A stretch of 64,000 bases of DNA from Octopus sinensis (Eukaryota): assembly GCF_006345805.1 (NCBI RefSeq), contig NC_043002.1, positions 7,378,001-7,442,000 on the forward strand, read 5' to 3'. The notes beneath the pieces were generated by a model. The model was not told the origin of the DNA. It saw only the letters and a list, made by a program, of their open reading frames with translations, and made no database searches. This document shows positions 55,741 through 64,000 of the stretch, piece by piece (the stretch's first letter is position 1; each line of letters starts with the position of its first letter). The position numbers and the translations under genes are program-made.

Positions 55741-55964
55741 CTTTGACTTTTGCTTTGCATTTGTACAAGTTGGCTCCAAGTCTCACCCAGGGACCTCAAG
55801 AGACAATAAGTTGGAAGTTCATGTTGGTGTTATGCTTAGGGTGTCATATATTTGGTTTTGTACATAGTGTTGTTCTAGAGTATGTTTAAGAAACCATAAG
55901 AAAATTATGTTTGTTTTAAAATTTGAGAATATATAGACAGTAAAAATACTATAGGATGTGGGCA

Positions 55965-55967
<3 letters not shown>
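55741..55967 (-). mobile_element. Dong-related short element (remnant of the last codons plus 3' UTR) between (AAT)n tracts
   Basis: Minus strand starts 'aactgcccacatcct' (TAHIL) and ends 'gcaaaagtcaaag' + (ATA)n; homologous to 60042-60212. Confidence 0.7.
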
Positions 55968-56028
<61 letters not shown>

Positions 56029-56085
56029 TTATTATTTTTATTATTATTAATATATAGTAGTAGTTGTAGTAGTAGTAGTAGTAGT

Positions 56086-56119
<34 letters not shown>

Positions 56120-56120
56120 A

Positions 56121-56168
<48 letters not shown>

Positions 56169-56290
56169 CAGTAGTAGTAGGAGTTGTTGTTGTTGTAGTA
56201 AAAATTGTTTCTCAACAATCTTTACTACAAAGTACTGTTGCTGAATATCTCACTTTGTGAGATTTTAAAAATAGTAATCTATTATTATTA

Positions 56291-56352
<62 letters not shown>

Positions 56353-56459
56353 GATGTTGTTCCGGCTGCCCTTCTCTCCACACTGGTACAGCTATTACTA
56401 CTGAGACCCTGCTTTCAGAGCTTTATGCTTGAAGAGATACATCTGTATATGTATTGCTG

Positions 56460-57050
56460 TCATCTAAGGAGTCGGGGCTGGCGTGAAATTGCTGATTACT
56501 TATTAACTTTAAATTAATATAAGCTGACCTGGTAATCTGCAGTTTTAGTATTTATTTATTAATTTCAGATGAAATTATAGCATTATTATTGAGGAGCCTT
56601 TCAGTCCAAATTCGAGATTGTATATAGCTATTCACTGTGTATAAAATGTCTTGTCCCTGTAAGTGCAATAAAAGGCGTCTACTGAGATTTGTACAAGTTT
56701 CGCCCATGTAGATAGATTTATATGCTTAGACGTTGACAATTGTAACGCTGGTATGAGAATTTGTAAACTACGCTGGTTACTTTTGCTTCAGTGATCATAT
56801 TATAGTTGGCTGTGTTTTTCTTTTTTAAGTTTTGTTATGTATTGTTTTGTTGGTGTTATTGATTGAAAGAAAAAGAAATTGTTTGTCAAGTTTATTGCTT
56901 CTGTAGTTTATAAGTTGAACTTCGTCAATAGTGTTGACGCATGAAGTGTTCCGATTAATAATATTTTTGATAGCTCGTTCGTCTATTTTGTAGTTAAGAA
57001 GCGGTGGTTGTCTGATTTATGTATTCTAGTTTAATATCAGTTGATTCCTT
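56460..57050 (-). pseudogene. Penelope-like element relic: linker plus GIY-YIG endonuclease
   Basis: Minus-strand translation NYKIDERAIKNIINRN...; SVVYKFS (VVYKF 56757-56771); IYMGETCTNLSRRLLLHLQG (YMGET 56696-56710); ...KLQITRSAYIN. This is the VVY..YIGET..L..RL.EH pattern of PLE GIY-YIG domains; contains stops and frameshifts. Confidence 0.8.
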
Positions 57051-57399
57051 CTCTCAAGGTTTTTAGAAGGTTGGAAGAGGCGGTAGAGCGGCGGGAAACT
57101 AAACGTCATACTATATTAAAAACCGTCCTTCTGCAATCTGATTTAAAATCCCACTGGCGTCGATAAAAAATTTATCTTTACTAAACTAGGGTCAAATCGA
57201 TGGACACGCCAGCTCTTGGCTTTGTGAAGATGTGAAAAATCAATCTCACCTCACCAGGTATAAACATTATTTTCTTATTACATAAAAAGAAATTTTGATG
57301 ATGGACTTGAACACTCAGAACAGACCTGGGGCTATAGTACATCAATAACAACGACAACAACAACAACAGTATATCATATTTCAATCTGAATGCTTTTAT

Positions 57400-57900
57400 A
57401 TTAGTTAGTTAATTAGTTAATTTGGCTCAAAAGCAAATTGCAAGGCCATGTAGGGGGACATGGAGTTAAGTACAGGGTGGTTTTCATGTAAAGAGTTCAG
57501 GCCACTTAAGGTCAAGGGAGGCTTTGAACAAAGCGGTCGTCGGCATCTTCACCATCTCGTCTGGTAGCTTGTTCCACAGATCCGCAACCCGGACGGAGAA
57601 AGCTCCTCTCCTTCGATTGAGATGAAATCGTCGCAGGTAGAGCTTTTCGGAATGACCCCGCAGCCGACGCTCTGGAGCAGGAGTGAAGAACAGCTCTTTC
57701 GAGAGGTTACACTTTCCGCTTATGATGTTGTGAGCGAGAATGAGATCACCACGGCGGCGGCCTTTTTCTAGAGAATAAAGGTCGAGCGTCCTCAGCCTTT
57801 CTTCATAGGACAAATTTTTGAGACCATGAACCATGCGGGTAGCCAGCTTCTGGACTCTTTCGAGATGCTGTATGTCTTTGAGGAGATAAGGAGAAGAGGC
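57400..57900 (-). mobile_element. CR1/L2-type LINE, 5'-truncated; ORF2 C-terminus open 57900 to 57484, (TAAC)n tail
   Basis: ASSPYLLKDIQHLERVQKLATRMVHGLKNLSYEERLRTLDLYSLEKGRRRGDLILAHNII...RGHSEKL...FSVRVADLWNKLP, the classic CR1-type post-RT region; 139 open codons including the stop. Confidence 0.92.
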
Positions 57901-58765
57901 TTGTCATTCTATTTGTTAGAAATAACAGCCAAATCACGCTCAAGTTATGCCCGCTATAGACAAGGGAGATTGGCTCATGTAGTCTGCTAAATACCTCTAA
58001 GCAGAAGGAATGGTCATAGATGGGCTGCTATTGGTCGTAGCTTTGCTAAATACAGATTGACTGGTGTTTCAACGATAGCCACAAATTCAACTGTTGAGAA
58101 CGCCTTGAAGCATGAGCATACTGGGAAGTTTCCCAGGGGCCCAGGAACCCACAGATCTAAGAGGCCCAGTGATAATCTAGTGAGATTTTTTATAGAGCCC
58201 CCAGGCCTAGGGGAGCCTACTTGAGAGTATCAACGTTTAACATAAATATCTAAATTTATACACGATGTGTACTGCGAATTACATTACGAAAGCCCTGTAT
58301 AATCTGAGAGAATTTGGTTGCAATTTCTTGCAGGTCGAGCAGCTACATAGAGGCTTCCCTAACTGATGTATGTACACATGTTGTTGGTGTTGCTGCTGTC
58401 GTTGTTGTGGTTATTTAGCTCTAACAAAGAGCTAATATCGGTGCGTATTGGTTGTGTTCGAATTTGTATGTGCGTGTGAATGTGTGTGCGTGTGTGTGTG
58501 TGACTGCACGTGCTTTCATTCATGTGTGTGTGGACGCAACCGTTAACAATGAGAAAAGATGATAAAATTACTATCAAAACTACAAACTACTACCAGCGTC
58601 ACTGTCATCACTAACAACATCACCAACCACAAAAAAAAATAGAAGCCACCATCACTACCACCATCCTCAGTAGTAACCACCAACAGCAGCACCACCACCA
58701 CCACCAATATTATCATCAGTAGTAATAAGAGTTTTCATTATTGTTACCATATTATAAAGCGATAA

Positions 58766-59180
58766 TATGTTTCTTTATTAGCCACACAGGGCTGCACACA
58801 GACGGGACAGATTACAAAGTAGAGCTTTTCTTTTTGGAGGAGAGAAAAAAAAGTGAGGTAGGTTTTCGATCAAAAGGGATCGTAAAAGGGGAAAGAAGAG
58901 AAAAAAAAGGAAAAGAAAAAAAACGATCAATAGGGATCTTGTATCACAGTGTCATGATGTAAAGTGTAAAGAGGGAAGTAGATAAGGTTTATCCGTGGAC
59001 AGAAAAGCCTACGGAAAAGGCCACGGCAACCTCGGTCAATAATGTTACATGTTACCACATTTGTTTGCAAGTAGGTAACCCTCTGTTTTAAATTTTCCGG
59101 GTTCATAGGATTATGCTCAAGGTGGCTTCGTCATTCATACGTGCCATCCTTGACCTTTTCCTCCCTAAGCTACGGAAGAT
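58766..59180 (-). mobile_element. probable LINE 3' end (Tx1/L1-like), with terminus matching SINE A tail 1
   Basis: Minus strand ends a reading frame ..RMARMNDEATLSIIL*, then about 330 nt of UTR ending 'tgtcccgtctgtgtgcagccctgtgtggctaataaagaaacata'. The clade call comes from recollection, not a search. Confidence 0.5.
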
Positions 59181-59788
59181 CTTTATAGAAAACAATTGGT
59201 GAAACGTCGTGAGATTATAGTTGCCGTAGTGGTGGCGGTAGTGGTAGTGTTTGTCTGGTTGGTGTAGAAGTGATGGTGGTGGTGGTGGTGAAGTGGAAGC
59301 CCCTTTGATTGGTGGTTGGTTGGTGATTGGTTGGTGGAGTGTCGTTGTGGTGTCGTTAGACGGTGACAGATTAAAGACAATCTGTTATTTGTGTAACCCG
59401 CCTGCTGTTTTCGTATTGTCGCGGAGGTAGTAAATAAGAAGGAGAGGGAGAGAGGGAGAGAGAGAGAGAGAAGACGAGTGAAACCAAGGTATACTTACTA
59501 AGCTGTTGTGTACCATAAATAAAGATAAACTATAGAATTATTGTCTAAAATAAGGCTTAAAGGAAATATCAAACAAGAAATGTAATGTGGTTTCCGCCGA
59601 AAGTTCCCCGCTGTTGCTGCCCCAACATACATGCTCACACACATACACACATGCATAAATACATAGATACATACATACATACACACATGCATAAATACAT
59701 ACATATATACACACATACACACATACATACATATATACATACATCATATGTTAATGCAAGTATGTACTTGTGTGTGTGTGTGTGTGTG

Positions 59789-59860
<72 letters not shown>

Positions 59861-59997
59861 CATACATACATACAGACAGACATACACATATATATAGAGA
59901 GAGATAGAGATAAATATGCGCGCGTGTGTGTACACACAAACACACACACGCGCGCACCTTTAAAGCAATTTTCAGAGAGGAACAGCCTGAACCAATG

Positions 59998-60041
<44 letters not shown>

Positions 60042-60044
<3 letters not shown>

Positions 60045-60212
60045 TGCCCACATCCTACAGTATTTTTACTGTCTATATAATGTCAAATTTTAAAACAAAC
60101 ATAATTTTCTTATGGTTTCTTAAACATTCTCTAGAACAACACTATGTACAAAACCAAATATATGGTACCCTAGGCATAACATCAACATGAACTTCTAACT
60201 TATTGTCTCTTG
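60042..60212 (+). mobile_element. second copy of the Dong-related short element, 3' end missing
   Basis: Follows (AAT)n and starts 'aactgcccacatcct', the same 5' boundary as 55741-55967. Confidence 0.7.
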
Positions 60213-60410
60213 GATGGTAATTTTGAAATGTAAGTTCAATATTTTGTGTAGACAGAACTAAAGGCTCATCTGACTATTTTGGTTGTCCGAGGAAAGAAAA
60301 TGTAAGAGATAATTGACATTGTTGTAGTTATTTAGCTCTAGCAAAGAGTATGATGAATGGTATCCCATTCTAAATCTCATCAGTTTTTCTTTTTACTTTT
60401 TTCCAAGCAG

Positions 60411-60603
60411 TGTACATCACTGGGCGACACCGCGAGGTTTGCTTCAGCCTCACTAGATCGGGCACGGTAGCGCGGCGGAGCTGCGGGCGAAGGCGGACGA
60501 AGGCGAGCTTCAAAATGCGGGCGTGCAGAGGCGGACGTCTAGAGGCGGGCGAAGGCGAGCTTCAAAAGGCGGGCGAAGGAGGGCATCGATCGCGCCTACG
60601 TCC
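60411..60603. other. isolated GC/CpG-rich island with internal direct repeats
   Basis: Exact 17-mer gaaggcgagcttcaaaa at 60499-60515 and 60551-60567; many CpGs in an AT-rich context. Confidence 0.7.
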
Positions 60604-60909
60604 TATTTCCTTCCCTTTGTTAAGACAACAGAATAAAATTTGAGGGAGATTTGGTTATTTCTTGCGAATCGAATGTCTACGTAGAGGTTCATCTGTTATT
60701 GATGTGCTGAATGGTCTACCAAATTGCATTTAGTCACTGACCTCTAGTGCAAGCGATTTTCTGAGTTATATGATTAAGTTTAATGTGAAATCAGCTGGGT
60801 TGTCTGCTCGTTAACCAGTGTATAGTTACTATTTAGATATTGATTGATTCTTGTCACAACTGAATAATTAAAATTTTCCTTGTTAGTTATATTATTGAGC
60901 AGTCAGAAA

Positions 60910-61129
60910 GGCGGCGAGCTGGCAGAAACGTTAGCATGCTGGGCGAAATGCGTAGCCGTATTTCGTCTGCCGTTACGTTCTGGGTTCAAATTCCGCCGAG
61001 GTCGACTTTGCCTTTCATCCTTTCGGAGTCGATAAATTAAGTACCAGTTACGCACTGTGGTTGACTTAAACCCTTTGTCTGTCCTTGTTTGTCCCCTCTG
61101 TGTTTAGCCCCTTGTGAGTAGTAAAAAAA
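60910..61129 (+). mobile_element. SINE family A monomer with 15-bp TSD (1 mismatch)
   Basis: tattgagcagtcaga (60893-60907) and tattcagcagtcaga (61130-61144). Confidence 0.9.
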
Positions 61130-62309
61130 TATTCAGCAGTCAGATAAATTCATTCATTTCCTTCCAGTGTAATTTTAATTAGCACAAAAATATTTTTATC
61201 GTAATGCTTCGTAGTTATTTGTAGCTGTATTCTTCTTTTACAACTTCTGCTTATCGATTATGAAATTCCAATAAAGTTTACCACTTTCAGACATGACAAC
61301 TGAATACAACTTTTTCAATGCCGCAACGCTCATCTCCAAGACACTAATTTGACCAGAATTACTATTCATGACTAGCTCGATCGGGAGGTTCTACGGCACT
61401 TAGCATATCCTCTTGGTATAGCGCCTTCAGATTATTATCTCTCTCGGTCGCTCTCCAATTGTCTGTACTTCGTCCCACAACGACGAGGGGCCGAAAATGC
61501 AGCTGGTTGAATTCTTCGAATCAAGAACTAGTGATTTCTACTATCAATGTATTGATAATCCAGTGGAACATTGGCAAGAAATCACGAATAATGAAGAATA
61601 TGTCATTGACTAATAAAGTTGTTAGCGAAAAATACAAAAGCCAAGGAATTTATTTGACAACCTCATACTTTAGTCCTCAATTAAGTAATTGACTAATGAA
61701 GCTTACTATATTGGATCAGAAATATGATTTAAACCAATGTTAACGAGTCATGGTTTAAGGCACAATAACGCCCTCGAAAAATAATTATTAGAGAAATTTT
61801 TGCTTCTGCTCCATTTGTTGATTAAATAACAAAATAGTTTCTACCCTCTTCTTTTTTTCGTCGTATTTTAGACAAATTCAAAACGTCTTAATTTTATTCA
61901 TCATAGTAATTACTCCATTCCACCTTTTCAAGCCCCTCTGCCTTAAATAGTTTCATGTAGTCGCTCATTCAACGCTCACACTCACACATGTACGTGTGTA
62001 TGTGCACGCGCGCGTGTGTGTACCTTTGTGTGTATGTGTGTGTTTAAAGGGAGCAAGTATGGTTGAGTAGTTAAGATCAAATTAGAGTTCTTGTATACAA
62101 ACCCCTTTCATCCTTATCCATCGTCATAGAAGTTGAGATTTTCACACATACACGGGCACCAACACTTAACATCTATCTGAGGTTGAATCAGCGTGACGCA
62201 AAGTGACACAAATCACAGCGTGACGCAAAGTGACACAATCAGCGACACACAAAGTAACTAAGTAGAAACTCTTTCAATTAAAAGCACAATCCAGGCAGAA
62301 AGAATGGAG

Positions 62310-62472
62310 TTCTATATTTAAGAGATGAGGAATTATGTACATTATTTACATTTGACAGATATTTGTCATCTTGTTTGTTAACACAACGTTTCGGCTGATA
62401 TGCCTTCCAGCCTTCATCAGGTGTCTTGAGGAAATTTCGACCTTGGGTTCTCATTCCTCAGGTATTTTTCGA
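62310..62472 (-). mobile_element. short hammerhead-bearing repeat abutting (AAT)n
   Basis: Minus strand: (AAT)n, about 50 nt, hammerhead motif, about 70 nt AT-rich tail. Confidence 0.6.
62380..62425 (-). ncRNA. minimal type-I hammerhead ribozyme motif with canonical core
   Basis: Minus strand gacac-CTGATGA-a-ggctg(gaaggcatat)cagcc-GAAAC-GT-T-gtgtt: 5-bp stem I, 5-bp stem II, loopless ACGT stem III. Confidence 0.75.
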
Positions 62473-62535
<63 letters not shown>

Positions 62536-62537
62536 CA

Positions 62538-62592
<55 letters not shown>

Positions 62593-63127
62593 CATTATTA
62601 TTATTATTATTGCCCTTGCACAGGTTCTAACGCTGGTGCTCATTGCAGCTGAGTAAGTTAGGGCAATGATGGATACAGCCTACCACCATGATCAAGAATC
62701 GAAACTATGATCTAATGATCATAGCCGCGTATGTCTAATCACATGCACACGCAGGAGTATATAGGCACGTACATAAAGTAAAGAAGCCATTTTGTTTTCA
62801 AGAAAGTAAGGAGCGACTCGAGGAAGTATCTAGATACTATTTCTAGCAGTTTGAGCGAGCATGTAGAGGCTCTGTCTTTGGTTCCATAAGGTTAAAGTGA
62901 AAGTTGTTTGCCCTGATCGTTTGTGAGAAATAAGGCAAAAATATATGGTGCTTTCCTATTGTATCGAGTAAAATATTGCAATGGTATGAAGTTTGGAAGT
63001 CTTCGATCAACCTGAATAAAATAATGGACAAGTCATTTAACGATGATAGATATGAAATGAGATCGAACCCGGAAAACTATGATTATCACATGAATTTAAT
63101 CATTTGGCTATATTTGCGCTCGTTAAT

Positions 63128-63542
63128 GGCGGCGAACTGGCAGAAACGTTAGCACGCCGGGCGAGATGCTTAGCGGTATTTCGTCTGCCGTTACGTTCTG
63201 AGTTCAAATTCCGCCGAGGTCGACTTTGCCTTTCATCCTTTCGAGGTCGATAAATTAGGTACCAGTTTCGCACTGGGGTCGATGTAATCGACTTAATCCG
63301 TTTGTCTGTCCTTGTGTGTCCCTTCTGTATTTAGCCCCTTGTGGGTAGTAAAGAAATAGGTATTTCGTCTATCGTTACGTTCTGAGTTCAAATTCCGCCG
63401 AGGTCGACTTTGCCTTTCATCCTTTCGGGCTCGATAAATTAGGTACCAGTTTTGCACTGGGGTCGATGTAATCGACTTAATCCGTTTGTCTGTCCTTGTT
63501 TGTCCCCTCTTCGTTTAACCCCTTGTGGGCTGTAAAGAAATT
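63128..63542 (+). mobile_element. SINE family A, head plus two tandem units, 18-bp TSD (1 mismatch)
   Basis: tatatttgcgctcgttaa (63109-63126) and tatatttgcactcgttaa (63543-63560); junction 'aaagaaataggtatttcgtctatcg'. Confidence 0.93.
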
Positions 63543-64000
63543 TATATTTGCACTCGTTAAGCACTTCTCCCTTTAAGCTCACATACACAGATCTAGTGCG
63601 TGGGTGTGCGTCTCAAGGGGGAAGTTTTCAAAAAGCCCACACATACATACATACATGTATATATACACACACACACGTGTGAGAGGGAGTACCTAATGAA
63701 TAGCTAAATAATATTCAAATATATTCTAACGTGCCATATTTCCTTCCACTCCATTGGTCACCGGTACTTCAGAAAGAGTAACACCCACCATATAAAGGGT
63801 CAAAGATTTATATACTTACGAGTATGTATATATGTGTGTGAGTGTATGTGCGTGTGTCTGTGTGTGTGAGAGAGAGATAAAGAGTGAGAGAGAGAGAGAG
63901 AGAGAGCGAGGGGCTTAAACATCGAGTTAACCCATTGTGCCCTATCGTCATCAAACAGCTCTATTTTAGTACTACATTGGGTCCATGCTCTATAATTATT

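Overview
AT-rich, microsatellite-saturated animal genomic DNA. The SINE families resemble those I know from octopus genomes, so an octopod/coleoid cephalopod is likely (inference). I found no host protein-coding exon, rRNA, intact tRNA gene or CRISPR array, and nearly all long ORFs in the supplied track are translations of (TA)n/(CA)n/(AAT)n tracts. The window is a repeat landscape, either intergenic or inside a large intron. It holds: many tRNA-derived SINEs (called families A, B, D here, plus an unclassified family C); 3' fragments of CR1/L2-type, R4/Dong-type, RTE-like and Tx1/L1-like LINEs; a decayed Penelope-like element (PLE) with a GIY-YIG domain; a pogo/Tigger transposase relic; two TIR-bounded MITEs; and one 100-N gap. 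The most interesting signals are: (1) six minimal type-I hammerhead-ribozyme-like motifs in four unrelated short repeat families, with stems that differ in sequence but still pair, including a U3:A8 core variant; (2) a 455-bp zero-spacer palindrome (54180-54634) carrying one such motif on each strand; (3) a SINE that inserts as head + tandem units with an identical junction and TSDs, and whose tail matches a LINE 3' end in the same window; (4) an (AAT)n hub holding stacked R4/Dong insertions. All structures were read by eye; no alignments, folding or database searches were run.
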